Source: Acidobacteriota bacterium
GTDB lineage: Bacteria; Acidobacteriota; UBA6911; RPQK01; JAJDTT01
DNA: 64,000 nt
Reading direction: 5' to 3'
NCBI GenBank assembly: GCA_965209055.1
Contig: OZ242374.1
Span: 4,224,001-4,288,000, forward strand
Positions 27,280 to 37,645 of the stretch are shown piece after piece (position 1 is the first letter of the stretch; each line of letters begins with the position of its first letter). The position numbers were made by a program, and so were the translations under genes. The notes under the pieces were generated by a model. It ran no database searches and was not told the origin of the DNA. It saw only the letters and a list, made by a program, of their open reading frames with translations.

Positions 27280-28914
27280 ATGAGCACCTACCAGATCGGC
27301 GATTACCGGCAGACTTACGCCAGTTTTCGCCTCACCCGGCCCGAGCGCTACAACTGGGCCTTCGACGTGTTCGACCGTTGGGCTGCGGATCCCGGCAAGG
27401 TAGCCATGCGTTGGGTGAGCGACGCCGGGGACGTCCGGAACGTGACGTTCCGGGAGTTCTCCCGGTCCTCGATTCGTTTCGCCAACGCTCTGGCAGGACT
27501 GGGAGTGGAAACGGGAGACCGGGTCTTCGTCATGCTCCCCCGGATCGTCGAATGGTGGGAGGTCCTCCTGGGCGGAATCCGGTCCCGGGCCGTCACGGTA
27601 CCGGGCACCACCTTGCTGAGGCACAAGGACATCGTCTACCGGATCAACGCCTCGGGCGCTTCGGTGGCCGTAACGGATGCCGCCAACGCCGACAGGATCG
27701 AGGCCGTCCGCCCGGACTGCCCCGGGCTGCGGCATGTCATCGTCGTGGGTGGGAGTTCCGGCTGTCTGGGCTATGAGGACCTGCTGGCCAGGAGTTCTCC
27801 CAGCATGGACCATCCCCGGAACCCCTCCACCGATCCCCTCATGGTCTACTTCACGTCGGGGACCACCGGACCTCCCAAGATGGTCCTGAACGACCACGCC
27901 AGCTATCCGAAGGCGCACATCATCACCGGCAAATTCTGGCTGGACAACCGCCCCACGGACCTCCACTGGACGCTTTCGGACACGGGATGGGCCCAGGCCG
28001 CGTGGACCTGCCTTTTCGCTCCCTGGAACATGGGCGCGGCCATTTTTATCTGGGACCACCGGGGACGGTTCGATGCGGAGCGGACGCTGCGGATGCTTCA
28101 CGACCACCCCATAACGACCTTCTTCGCTCCTCCCACGGCCTATCGGATGATGGTCCAGGAAGATCTGACCCGCTGGCCGGCCCGGGCCCTGCGCCACTGT
28201 CTGGGAGCCGGGGAAGCGGTCAACCCCGAGGTGATCGCCACCTGGAAGGGGGCCATGGGTCATCACATCTGGGAGGGCTACGGCCAGACCGAGACCGTCC
28301 TCTGCGTGGCCACGTTTCCCGGCATGGAGTACCGGCCCGGGTCCATGGGAGTTGCCTCGCCCGGGTTCCGAATGGGCGTGGTGGACGACTCGGGGAATGA
28401 ACTCGGTCCCGGAGAGGAGGGAGAGATCGCCATCCGGGTGCGTCCCGAACGGCCTCTGGGCCTGTTCTGCGGCTACTACCGGAACCCGGAAGCGACCACG
28501 AACTGTTACGTCGGCGACTGGTACATGACCGGAGACCGGGCAACCCGGGACGAGGAGGGCTACTTCTACTTCGTCAGCCGAGCCGACGACGTCATCAACA
28601 CCTCGGCGTATCGCGTGGGGCCCTTCGAGGTGGAGTCGGCGTTGCTGGAGCATGCGGCGGTGGCGGAGGTGGCCGTGGTGGGAAGCCCCGACCCGTTGCG
28701 GGGAGAGATCATCAAGGCGTTCGTCGTCCTCGGTCAGACTGCCCGCCCTTCGGACGAACTGGTCCGGGAACTCCAGGCCCACGTGCGCGGCGTCACCGCT
28801 CCCTACAAGTACCCTCGCGAGGTGGAGTTCATCGAAGAACTGCCCAAGACCATCAGCGGCAAGATTCGGCGCAACGAACTCCGGCGGCGGGAGTTGGAGA
28901 AGAAGAGCCGCTGA
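27280..28914 (+). CDS. Medium-chain acyl-CoA synthetase (ACSM-like)
   Basis: YFTSGTTGPPKM, EGYGQTET, TGD, RADDVI, PKTISGKI. Confidence 0.92.
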   Translation: MSTYQIGDYRQTYASFRLTRPERYNWAFDVFDRWAADPGKVAMRWVSDAGDVRNVTFREFSRSSIRFANALAGLGVETGDRVFVMLPRIVEWWEVLLGGIRSRAVTVPGTTLLRHKDIVYRINASGASVAVTDAANADRIEAVRPDCPGLRHVIVVGGSSGCLGYEDLLARSSPSMDHPRNPSTDPLMVYFTSGTTGPPKMVLNDHASYPKAHIITGKFWLDNRPTDLHWTLSDTGWAQAAWTCLFAPWNMGAAIFIWDHRGRFDAERTLRMLHDHPITTFFAPPTAYRMMVQEDLTRWPARALRHCLGAGEAVNPEVIATWKGAMGHHIWEGYGQTETVLCVATFPGMEYRPGSMGVASPGFRMGVVDDSGNELGPGEEGEIAIRVRPERPLGLFCGYYRNPEATTNCYVGDWYMTGDRATRDEEGYFYFVSRADDVINTSAYRVGPFEVESALLEHAAVAEVAVVGSPDPLRGEIIKAFVVLGQTARPSDELVRELQAHVRGVTAPYKYPREVEFIEELPKTISGKIRRNELRRRELEKKSR

Positions 28915-28945
28915 CTCTCCCCCGATCTCCGGGAACTGACCTCTC

Positions 28946-30085
28946 ATGCCCTTTTCCGAAGACCACGAACTCTTTCGAGAGTCTCTGAGACGCTTCGTGC
29001 AGGAAGAGATCCTGCCTCACGTGGAGAAGTGGGAAGAGAAGGAGGAGACGCCCCGTTCGCTGTTCGAGCAAATGGGGGAACTGGGTTTCCTCGGCGCCGA
29101 GTACCCGCCCGAATACGGCGGCGGCGGCGCCGACTTCTGGATGTCGGTGGTCCTGGCCGAAGAGCTGGCGCGCTGCCGCTCCGGCGGCGTGGCGTTCGGC
29201 GTCATCGTCCACACGGACATGTCCTCCCCCTGGCTGGTCCATTTCGGAACCGAGGACCAGAAACGGCGTTACCTGCCGGACATCATCCGGGGCCGGAAGA
29301 TCTGCGCCCTGGCCATCACCGAGCCGGACACCGGATCGGACATGGCGGCCCTCTCCACCCGGGCGGTCCGCGACGGCGGCGACTGGGTCCTGACGGGCGC
29401 CAAGACCTTCATCACCAACGGCGTGAACGGCGACCTCTACTTCGTGGCCGCCCGGACCCGGGGCGACGGTCCCCGCCGTGAGCGCCTCTCCCAGTTCCTG
29501 GTGGAGAGGGACACTCCCGGCTTCAGCGTCGGCCGCAAGCTGAAGAAGACCGGCATGTTGGCTTCGGACACGGCCGAGCTGGTCTTCGACGAGGTCCGCG
29601 TCCCCGGAGAAAACCTCCTGGGAGTGGAAGGAAAAGGATTTGCGCAACTGGTCTCGGGATTGCAACGGGAACGCCTCATGGCGGCGGTGCTGTGCGTCTC
29701 CGCCGCCCAGCAGGCTCTGGAGGACTGCGCCGAGTACCTGAACCAGCGCCACGCCTTCGGACGGCCTCTCTCCCGGTTCCAGGCCCTGGCCCACCGGCTC
29801 GCCGACATGGCGACGGAAGCGGAAGCGGCCCGGCAACTGACTTACCACGCCGCCTCCCTCTTCGCATCGGGGCAGGAGTGCACCCGCGTCGTGTCGATGG
29901 CCAAGCTCTACGCCACCGAGATGGCCAACCGGGTCGCCTACCACGCCGTCCAGATGCACGGCGGGTACGGCTACATGCGGGAGTACGCCGTGGAGCGCTT
30001 CGCCCGGGACTACCGGCTCTGGCCCATCGCCTCGGGCACGTCCGAGATCATGCGCGAGATCATCTCCCGGGACCTGTTGAGGTAG
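28946..30085 (+). CDS. Acyl-CoA dehydrogenase
   Basis: ALAITEPDTGSD, GAKTFITNG, QMHGGYGY, GTSEIM. Confidence 0.93.
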   Translation: MPFSEDHELFRESLRRFVQEEILPHVEKWEEKEETPRSLFEQMGELGFLGAEYPPEYGGGGADFWMSVVLAEELARCRSGGVAFGVIVHTDMSSPWLVHFGTEDQKRRYLPDIIRGRKICALAITEPDTGSDMAALSTRAVRDGGDWVLTGAKTFITNGVNGDLYFVAARTRGDGPRRERLSQFLVERDTPGFSVGRKLKKTGMLASDTAELVFDEVRVPGENLLGVEGKGFAQLVSGLQRERLMAAVLCVSAAQQALEDCAEYLNQRHAFGRPLSRFQALAHRLADMATEAEAARQLTYHAASLFASGQECTRVVSMAKLYATEMANRVAYHAVQMHGGYGYMREYAVERFARDYRLWPIASGTSEIMREIISRDLLR

Positions 30086-30110
30086 GGAAGCGGCGACATC
30101 CCTGTCGGCG
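30086..30110. repeat. REP-like palindrome directly after stop codon
   Basis: ggaagcggcgacatccctgtcggcg. Confidence 0.55.
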
Positions 30111-30201
30111 ATGCGACCGGCACCGACGTCGTTGACGCTTCTGGTGCGGCCTTGCTAGTCTGATTCCAACAGCCCCTCTTCTTCCACGAGGCAAGAATCT
30201 C

Positions 30202-30798
30202 GTGCCAAGGAAACCGGTCCTCATCACGTTGTTCCTCCCCACCTTGTTCGTCACGGTCGTAAACGGCCAAACGTCGGTCAGAGACCATCAACGCTTTGCG
30301 CTCTACAACGAGTGCCGCCCCATGGAGTTGGTCGTGGATTTCGGGTTGTCCCGGATTGAGGAAAGTCCTTTCACATCGCTGGTTGCTCAGATCAAGAAAG
30401 ATTCGGAGAAGCTGTTGGAGGAGCAGGGTCTTTTGACGGGCGACCCGATTGACTCAAACAGGGCGTACCTGAAGATCAGGGGTTCGTTCCGTGATGAAGG
30501 TGACGAAGGGTATTCCTTTAAAATCTACCTGGAATTCAACAAACTGGTGATCGACTCGGCCTCAGGCATGGAAAACGTCGTGATGACGTGGGGAGGCATT
30601 CGTGCCAGTGGTGCTGGGTCGGGGCTTGATAATGAGAATCTCATTGGGTGGAAAGCATCAAGAATAGTCGGTGGTTTCCTCGATCGGTATATCAGGGTAA
30701 ATGAGAAAGCTTGCGGAGACGCGGTGATCCAGAGACTGAAAGGATTGGGAGACCAGATCGATCCTGAGTCTCCAGGCAGGGATCCCAGCGGGTTCTGA
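30202..30798 (+). CDS. Hypothetical secreted protein with lower GC
   Basis: GTG start, signal-like N-terminus, two Cys (NECRP, EKAC); AT-richer codons than neighbours. Confidence 0.7.
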   Translation: MPRKPVLITLFLPTLFVTVVNGQTSVRDHQRFALYNECRPMELVVDFGLSRIEESPFTSLVAQIKKDSEKLLEEQGLLTGDPIDSNRAYLKIRGSFRDEGDEGYSFKIYLEFNKLVIDSASGMENVVMTWGGIRASGAGSGLDNENLIGWKASRIVGGFLDRYIRVNEKACGDAVIQRLKGLGDQIDPESPGRDPSGF

Positions 30799-30980
30799 CT
30801 GCCATTCCGTCCCTGATTCCTGCCGTATAACGGGCTGTCCGGTGGCCGTGCAAACCTGGCCCGGCAACACCGGGGACCCGATCCCATCTGTTCCTGCACC
30901 TCCTGTCCTACTACCCGGACCTGAACCACCCGCTGGAGCAACTGGTCTGCGCGGTCATCGACGACTCGGAATCGACATGG

Positions 30981-31895
30981 TCAGAACAGGCCGCTCGCCT
31001 TCAAATAATCCAACGTCGCCGCCGCGCTCGCCTCCGGCTGCTCCAGTTGCAGGAGGTGCGTCCCTCCCGGCAGATAGGCGTAGTCCACGGTCGGGATATG
31101 ATGGAGTTCGGTGGTCGGGAAATAGGTGTACGGGATGGCGGGGTCGGCCCCCATGACCATCGTCGGACAGGCGAGTGCCCCAAAGTCGATCAACGCCGCA
31201 TACTGTCCGCCGTACCTGTAGATCCGGGCCTCATATTCGCGGGGACAACGAAGAATGTAGCCGTCCCCGTCCGGGCATCGGCGTAGCGTCGTCCGGGCCA
31301 TGAGGCGGCGGACGCCGGGGACCACGTACTGGAAGCCGGGCATGTAGAGAAGCACCTCCGCGAAGTCCGCGCGGGTCGGATACCGGGCCGTGCGCGAAAG
31401 CGTCATCGCGGCCGCCCGCCTCGCCACGTCGGCACACTCCTCGCGGGCGGGGCCGAATTCGCACAGCGGCGGATCGAAAAGAACGCGCGCTACGAACTCT
31501 CCCCCTCGCGAGGGGGACAGCAGCGAAACCAGGCCCGAGAGAGAATGGAACACGCCGGCCTGCGGCTTCTTCCCGAATCCCTGTTCGATGGCATCCTGGA
31601 TGCGCAGGTGGTCATCGATGAGTGTGGGCACATGGTGGCTGCGCAGCGGCCCGGGAGCATTCCAGCCGTGGTTCCTGAGGTCGTAGAGCACGAGATCGAA
31701 GACGTCCTCGAACAGCGACCAGAACGGGTAATAGAGGTCGATCGCGAGGCTGTTGCCGTGGCTGAGAACGATGCGCGGGCCGGAGGGATTCCCGTGGCGC
31801 CGGAGCGTCGTCACGGCACCGTCGCCCAAGCGAGCGTCGTGCATGGCAAGGGGCTCGGGCACCTGCCAAACCTGCGTGCGTTCAAGGTCACTCAT
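30981..31895 (-). CDS. Alpha/beta hydrolase
   Basis: LSHGNS, YDLRNHG, FHSLS nucleophile elbow, GGTHLLQLEQP. Confidence 0.85.
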   Translation of the reverse strand: MSDLERTQVWQVPEPLAMHDARLGDGAVTTLRRHGNPSGPRIVLSHGNSLAIDLYYPFWSLFEDVFDLVLYDLRNHGWNAPGPLRSHHVPTLIDDHLRIQDAIEQGFGKKPQAGVFHSLSGLVSLLSPSRGGEFVARVLFDPPLCEFGPAREECADVARRAAAMTLSRTARYPTRADFAEVLLYMPGFQYVVPGVRRLMARTTLRRCPDGDGYILRCPREYEARIYRYGGQYAALIDFGALACPTMVMGADPAIPYTYFPTTELHHIPTVDYAYLPGGTHLLQLEQPEASAAATLDYLKASGLF

Positions 31896-32041
31896 GGCGG
31901 AGCCGGGCGGGGATGGATTCAACGCGGGGCAAGTCGCTGGCGAAGGGATGACCACCCACGGGCTCACCGCCCCCGGGCTTGCATGGGGGGCGCGAGGGGG
32001 GCCGGACGGTCGGCTCGATAGTTGTTGACTGCGAGACAATT

Positions 32042-32062
32042 GGGACTAGCAGTCCCCCCTCC
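32042..32062. repeat. REP-like palindrome abutting enoyl-CoA hydratase stop
   Basis: gggactagcagtcccccctcc. Confidence 0.6.
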
Positions 32063-32823
32063 TACCGCCGCCGGCTCACGAAGTCCTGGACGTTTCTCCG
32101 GCTCTCGCGGTCTTCGAAACACGCCAGAAAATCGGCCGAGGCCACGCCCTCCCAGTGGTCGCTCCTCAGCTCCGACATCCGGTGCAGCAACGCCTTGGTC
32201 CGGGCCAAACCCTCCGCGGGAAAGGAGGCCAGCCTCCGGGCCAGCGCTTCGCCCCGACCAAGAAGTTCCGGGTCCGGAACCACTTCATTGACCAGGCCGA
32301 TCTCGTGGGCCCGAGTCGCGTCGATTTTCTCGCAGGTCAAAAGCAACCACCGGGCGGCGGCGCCCCCCAACAGATCGACCGTCCTCCCCAACGACCAGGG
32401 CGGCGTCCATCCCAGCTCCACCTCCGGAAGTCCGAAAACAGCGGATCCGGACGCGATCCGGAAGTCGTGGTAGAGCGTGACCTGAAGTCCGCCCCCCAAG
32501 GCATACCCATGGATCAGCGCCAACGTCGGCTGGGGCAGGGAATCGAGCAGTCCGAACGCCTCCCCGTAACCCCGCTCCAACGACGTAGCCTCGGCCCCCG
32601 AGAGCGGCGCCAATTCGCGCAGATCGCTGCCGGAGCAGAAGGCCCGGCCCGCCCCCCGGGTCACCACGACCCGGACCGAGTCGTCTTCGCGGATCTGGTT
32701 CAGGATTTCCGTGTACCGCCCGACCATCTCCTGGTCCAGCGCGTTGAGCACCTGGGGCCGGTTCAGGGTGAGCCAGGCCACTCCGTCACGGATGGAGAGT
32801 TGGACGGAATCAGTCGCCGGCAC
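32062..32823 (-). CDS. Enoyl-CoA hydratase/isomerase (crotonase)
   Basis: LTLNRP..LNAL, AFCSGSDL, GYALGGG, FGLPEV. Confidence 0.9.
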   Translation of the reverse strand: MPATDSVQLSIRDGVAWLTLNRPQVLNALDQEMVGRYTEILNQIREDDSVRVVVTRGAGRAFCSGSDLRELAPLSGAEATSLERGYGEAFGLLDSLPQPTLALIHGYALGGGLQVTLYHDFRIASGSAVFGLPEVELGWTPPWSLGRTVDLLGGAAARWLLLTCEKIDATRAHEIGLVNEVVPDPELLGRGEALARRLASFPAEGLARTKALLHRMSELRSDHWEGVASADFLACFEDRESRRNVQDFVSRRR

Positions 32824-33226
32824 TGGCCTTCTCGCCGGCTCGGGTCAGAAACCGCTCCATGGATCCGAGGATGAATCGTTCGTGAGTCCCGCGGGCGATG
32901 AGATCCTGTTCGTCATGGGCCTCGAACCGGAAGCCGAGCCGCTTTCCCTCCAGTTCCACCAGCTCGACCCGGACCGTCACCTTCATGCCCACCGGCGTCG
33001 GCGCCAGGTGCTGCATGTTCACCCGGGTTCCCACCGTGCCCTGACCCTCGTCCAGCGTGGGCGCGGCGCAACGGATGGCGCAGGCTTCGATGAGGGCCAC
33101 CAGTGCCGGCGTGGCCAGCACCTGGACCCCGGGATTGCCGAAACGGTCCGCGGTCAGGTCGTCGCTGACCGTGTGCTCCGTCGTCAGGTTCCGGCCCACT
33201 TTGAGAACGTCGGTCATTTCAACCAT
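32810..33226 (-). CDS. FlK-type (fluoroacetyl-CoA thioesterase-like) hotdog thioesterase
   Basis: VLATP..VALIE, TVGT, HLAPTPVG, GTHERFI (Thr/Glu/His triad present). Confidence 0.88.
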   Translation of the reverse strand: MVEMTDVLKVGRNLTTEHTVSDDLTADRFGNPGVQVLATPALVALIEACAIRCAAPTLDEGQGTVGTRVNMQHLAPTPVGMKVTVRVELVELEGKRLGFRFEAHDEQDLIARGTHERFILGSMERFLTRAGEKASAGD

Positions 33227-33242
33227 CCTTCCCGGCTCGCCA

Positions 33243-34286
33243 TCAGTCGGGAGACCCTGTCAGTTCCTGCCGGACGATGCGGGTGCCCGCCACCATGTTG
33301 CGCAGCTTCATGACCGTGATCCAGCGGGGGAGTTGGAAGAAACCGCAGTCGGGCACGACCCAGAGTTTTTCGGGCGGTACATATTGCAGCGCGGCGCGAA
33401 TCCGGTCCGCCACGTCATTCGGCGTCTCCCGGTAGAAGGACTTGATGTCGATGACCCCAAATCCGATGTCCCGTTCCTCGGACAGCACCCGGCACAGCTC
33501 CAATTCGTGCATCTCCCGGTTGGCGAACTCCAGGACGAACTCGTCGCACTTGGCCTCCAACAGGTAGTCGACCATGGGTCCGTACTCCCGCTTGCCGCGG
33601 GGCCGCGACCCCAGGTTGCCGAAACAGATATGGAAGGCGATCCTGGCGTCGACCCCTTCGACGCACCGGTTGTAAAGGGCCAGATACTCCTTCAGTTCCC
33701 CCGGGATGATGGCGAAGGAGGGCTCGTCCAACTGGATGTAGTCGGCTCCCGCCTTGACCAGATCCTTGAGCTCCTGGTTGACCACCTCGGCAAACTGCCA
33801 GAACAGTTCCATGCGGTCCCGGTAGTACTCGCGAACCGACGAGTCCCTGAGGTGAATGGTGACGGTCAACGGGCCCGGACAGGTGGCTTTGACCGGCTTG
33901 TCGGTCTGGGTCTTCAGATGCTTGAACTCCTCGACCACGCCGAGTCCACGGGGGACGGTCACCTTCTCCCGGAGACGGTAACGCGGCACCGAGTCGTACG
34001 CGTACAAACCCACCCTGCGCAACGGCTCTTCCGATTCGATGCCCTCCATCTTCTCGTAGAAGCTCTGGACGAAGTGCCAGCGCTTCATTTCACCGTCGGA
34101 GATGACGTCCACGCCGGCCCGTTCCATGTCCCGGATGGCGATGCTCACGGCGTCGTCGTAGAGTTCCCGTTTGTCGGTCTTACCGTATTTTCCCGCCTCG
34201 ATGGCCTCCAACGCGGTATAGAACCAGCTCGGTATGGCATGGCTTCCGATGACCGACGTGGGAATCAGAGGAAGATTTTCCTTCAT
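33243..34286 (-). CDS. Cobalamin-independent methionine synthase II family (MetE C-terminal-like Zn enzyme)
   Basis: TSVIGS, SDGE, IQLDEP, HICFGN, LEFA, PDCGF Zn ligands. Confidence 0.88.
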   Translation of the reverse strand: MKENLPLIPTSVIGSHAIPSWFYTALEAIEAGKYGKTDKRELYDDAVSIAIRDMERAGVDVISDGEMKRWHFVQSFYEKMEGIESEEPLRRVGLYAYDSVPRYRLREKVTVPRGLGVVEEFKHLKTQTDKPVKATCPGPLTVTIHLRDSSVREYYRDRMELFWQFAEVVNQELKDLVKAGADYIQLDEPSFAIIPGELKEYLALYNRCVEGVDARIAFHICFGNLGSRPRGKREYGPMVDYLLEAKCDEFVLEFANREMHELELCRVLSEERDIGFGVIDIKSFYRETPNDVADRIRAALQYVPPEKLWVVPDCGFFQLPRWITVMKLRNMVAGTRIVRQELTGSPD

Positions 34287-34366
34287 ATTTGTCTAACCTC
34301 AGCTGAGAACGCCAAATCGTAACACAGCGGCCGCGGGGGCCCAAAGGCTCGACCCGGCGTCGATTC

Positions 34367-35599
34367 TCACCCTTGGGCAAATTCTTCCGGGTGGGCAAAC
34401 AGGTCCCGCAGTTCCTTCAGGAAGAGGCCGGCCGGGTAGCCGTCGACGGCCCGGTGATCGAAGACCAGGCAAAGGTAGGCCGTGGGAACGACTGCCAATC
34501 GGTCTTCGATGACAAGAGGCCGAGGCTGAATCCGCCCGACGCCCAGAATCGCCACCTGGGGCGGATTGATGATGGGGGTGAACAGGTCCACGTGCGCGCC
34601 GCCCAGGTTGGTGATGGTGAAGGTGCCGTCGCTGACGTCGGCGAGGTCCAGCCCTCCTTCCCGCGCCCGGCCGGCCAGGGACCGGCTCTCGCGGGCCAGT
34701 TGGACCAGGTCCTTGCCGCCGGCATCCTTCAGAACCGGCACCACCAGTCCCTGGTCCAGATGGACCGCCAATCCCATGTTGATCCGGTCGTGGACGCGAA
34801 CCTGCTTGTCCGCCAGGGTGGCGTTGAGCAGGGGATGCCGCCCCAGGGCCACGGTGACTGCCTTGGTCACCAGATCGTTCAAGGAGATCCGCAAACCGTG
34901 GCGGGATTCCCAGCGGGGAAGATTCGACTCGCGGAAGTCTACCGTCCGGCTCATGTCCACGTGCATCACCTCCGTCACCCGGGGAATGTCGCGCCAACTC
35001 TGGGACAGACGTTGCGCCACTCGGCCCCGGGTTCCGGTCAGGGGAATCGTCCGGGTCACTCCGAGAGTGGATTCGGGCACTGGAGCGGGCTGCGCCGGGG
35101 ATGCGGCCGCAGCAGCCGCCCGCAGGATGTCATCCTTGGTAATCCTTCCGCCCGGCCCCGAACCGGCCACGGTGGCCGGATCCACGCCGTGCCGGGAGGC
35201 CAGTTTCCGGGCCACGGGAGAGATTCTCAATCGTCGGGACCTGGCGGGCCGCTTGCGCCGTGGGGAGGGACCCGCTGCGGCTCCGGGCCTCTCCTTCCGG
35301 GCCGCGGGCGCTCCTGCCGGCGCCAACAGGCGCGCGGTCTCCGCCGGATCGGGGCTCTCACCGGGAGCCAACAGAATCGCCAGAATGGCTCCGATGGGCC
35401 GCTCCTGCCCGGCGGGGACGACGATCTTGTGAAGGACTCCGTCCATGGGAGCCTCCACTTCGGTGGTCACCTTGTCGGTCTCCACCATCAGCAGCGGATC
35501 CCCCTTGGCCAGACGGTCCCCCTCCTGCTTCAGCCACTCCAGGACCGTCCCCGATTCCATGGTGTGGCCCAGGCTGGGCATTCCTAATTTCACCGCCAT
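34367..35599 (-). CDS. 2-oxoacid/acetoin dehydrogenase E2, dihydrolipoamide acyltransferase
   Basis: ETDKV lipoyl motif, SGPGGRITKDD, FDHRAVDG. Confidence 0.92.
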   Translation of the reverse strand: MAVKLGMPSLGHTMESGTVLEWLKQEGDRLAKGDPLLMVETDKVTTEVEAPMDGVLHKIVVPAGQERPIGAILAILLAPGESPDPAETARLLAPAGAPAARKERPGAAAGPSPRRKRPARSRRLRISPVARKLASRHGVDPATVAGSGPGGRITKDDILRAAAAAASPAQPAPVPESTLGVTRTIPLTGTRGRVAQRLSQSWRDIPRVTEVMHVDMSRTVDFRESNLPRWESRHGLRISLNDLVTKAVTVALGRHPLLNATLADKQVRVHDRINMGLAVHLDQGLVVPVLKDAGGKDLVQLARESRSLAGRAREGGLDLADVSDGTFTITNLGGAHVDLFTPIINPPQVAILGVGRIQPRPLVIEDRLAVVPTAYLCLVFDHRAVDGYPAGLFLKELRDLFAHPEEFAQG

Positions 35600-35611
35600 G
35601 AGGTTCGTCCT

Positions 35612-36583
35612 TTACGCCACCAGATCTCGCGCCGAGGCGAGCAGTTTCTCGACGCTGGGTACCGCCAGCTTCTCCAACACGGGGCTGAACGGCATGGGTA
35701 CGTCGGCGGCTGCGACCCGGCGAACGGGGGCGTCCAGGTAGTCGAAGCATTCCTCGGCAATCCGGGAAGCCAACTCCGCGCTCGAACCTCCCCGGCGAAC
35801 CTCTTCGTCGGTGACGATGGCCCGGTTCGTCTTCTCCACCGAGGAGAAGATCGTGTCCGTGTCCAGCGGGACCAGGGTCCGGGGATCGATGACCTCCAAC
35901 TCGATCCCTTCCGCGCTCAGGATCCCCGCCGCCTCCAAGGCCTTCCCCACCATGGGCCCCGACGCCACGACCGTGATGTCGTCCCCCTGGCGCTTGACGT
36001 CGGCCTGGCCGAAGGGAATGGCGTATTCCGTGTCCGGAACCTCCCCCTTGACCGAGTAGAGGCGCTTGTACTCGATGAACATGACCGGGTCCCGGCCCCG
36101 CAGGGCCGACTTCATGAGCCCCTTGGCGTCGCGGGGGGTGGAGGGAACCGCCACCTGCAGACCGGGCACGTGCATGAACCAGGCCTCCAGGCTCTGGGAA
36201 TGCTGGGCAGCGATGAGCCGGGCCGACCCGGAGGGGAGCCGCAAGACCACCGGGACGTCGGTCTGGCCCCCGAACATGTAGCGGACCTTGGCCATCTGAT
36301 TCACGACTTCATCCATGGCGCAGGTGATGAAATCGACGTACATGATCTCCGCTACCGGACGCATTCCGCAAAGGGCGGCTCCGACCGCAGTGCCGACGAT
36401 GGCGGCTTCGGAGATGGGGGTCTGGCGGATCCGGTCCGGATACTTCTCGGCGATGCCCCGGGTGACCGCGTAGGGTCCTCCGTGGGCGATCACGTCTTCG
36501 CCCAGGACGAAAATGCTCGAATCCCGGGCCATCTCCTCGTGCAGGGCTTCTCGAATCGCCTGGTTCATGGGTATCGAGGGCAT
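35612..36583 (-). CDS. 2-oxoacid/acetoin dehydrogenase E1 beta
   Basis: LGEDV, TPISE, AAQHSQSLEAW, DAPVRR; GGAGG SD. Confidence 0.92.
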   Translation of the reverse strand: MPSIPMNQAIREALHEEMARDSSIFVLGEDVIAHGGPYAVTRGIAEKYPDRIRQTPISEAAIVGTAVGAALCGMRPVAEIMYVDFITCAMDEVVNQMAKVRYMFGGQTDVPVVLRLPSGSARLIAAQHSQSLEAWFMHVPGLQVAVPSTPRDAKGLMKSALRGRDPVMFIEYKRLYSVKGEVPDTEYAIPFGQADVKRQGDDITVVASGPMVGKALEAAGILSAEGIELEVIDPRTLVPLDTDTIFSSVEKTNRAIVTDEEVRRGGSSAELASRIAEECFDYLDAPVRRVAAADVPMPFSPVLEKLAVPSVEKLLASARDLVA

Positions 36584-36617
36584 GACGGGCTGGTCCTCCT
36601 TCTGGACGGTCTGTTTC

Positions 36618-37601
36618 TCACGCAACCGGAGTGGAGAAGACGTCGCGGGTCAACTCCTCCGGGCCGGGGTAGGGACTCTCATCGGCGAATCGCACCGCTG
36701 CTGCGATCTCCTCCTCCACCGACCTCCGGATCGACTCGGCCTCCTCAGCCGTCAGGACTCCCTCCCGCTCGAGATGGTCCCCGAGGTCCTGGATGGGATC
36801 GTGCCGGCGGGACCAATCCGCAATCTCCTCCTTGGTTCGATACTGCTGGGGGTCGCCGAAATTGTGGCCGTGGAAGCGGTAGGTCTTGCACTCCAGCAGG
36901 GTGGGCCCCTCGCCCCGGCGGGCCCGGTCGACGGCCTCTCCGGCCGCCTCGTAGACGGACAGGACGTCCATGCCATTCACCTGGGCGCCGGGAATGCCGT
37001 AAGCGGAGGACATGGAGGCCACGTCGGTCACCAGGGTGATCTCTTCCTGGGGCGTCCACTGAGCGTACTGGTTGTTCTCGCAGACGTAGACGACCGGCAA
37101 CCGCCAGACGGCTCCCAGGTTGATGTTCTCGTGGAAGGGTCCGCGATTGACGGCGCCGTCCCCGAAGAAACAGACGGCGACCTGCCCGCTCTCGCGCATC
37201 TGGGCGGCCAGGCCGGCTCCCGTGGCCAGGCCGAATCCTCCCGCCACGATGCCGTTGGCTCCCAGCATCCCCACGGAGAAATCCGCGATGTGCATGGAGC
37301 CGCCCTTGCCCTTGCAGTAGCCGGTGATGCGTCCGAAGAGTTCGGCCATCATGCGCCGGACGTCGGCTCCCTTGGAGATGCAGTGACCGTGGCCCCGGTG
37401 GGTCGAGGTGATGTAGTCGGCATCGGTGAGATGGGCGCAGATCCCGACTCCCACCGCCTCCTGCCCGATGTAGGTGTGCAGCGCCCCCAGGACCTTGCCC
37501 TGGCCGGACTGGTATTCCGCCTGTTCTTCAAAGAGACGGATCCGCCACATGGCGGTGTACATGTCCAGCAGTTTTCCCGTCGTCGGACCGTTGATTCCCA
37601 T
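36618..37601 (-). CDS. 2-oxoacid/acetoin dehydrogenase E1 alpha (TPP-dependent, AcoA-like)
   Basis: STHRGHGH, GKGGSMH, GDGA...ENN, TYRFHGH. Confidence 0.92.
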   Translation of the reverse strand: MGINGPTTGKLLDMYTAMWRIRLFEEQAEYQSGQGKVLGALHTYIGQEAVGVGICAHLTDADYITSTHRGHGHCISKGADVRRMMAELFGRITGYCKGKGGSMHIADFSVGMLGANGIVAGGFGLATGAGLAAQMRESGQVAVCFFGDGAVNRGPFHENINLGAVWRLPVVYVCENNQYAQWTPQEEITLVTDVASMSSAYGIPGAQVNGMDVLSVYEAAGEAVDRARRGEGPTLLECKTYRFHGHNFGDPQQYRTKEEIADWSRRHDPIQDLGDHLEREGVLTAEEAESIRRSVEEEIAAAVRFADESPYPGPEELTRDVFSTPVA

Positions 37602-37645
37602 GGCTTTGGTCTCTCCTTCGTTTCTCGCGACTTCGCAGGCCCGGT

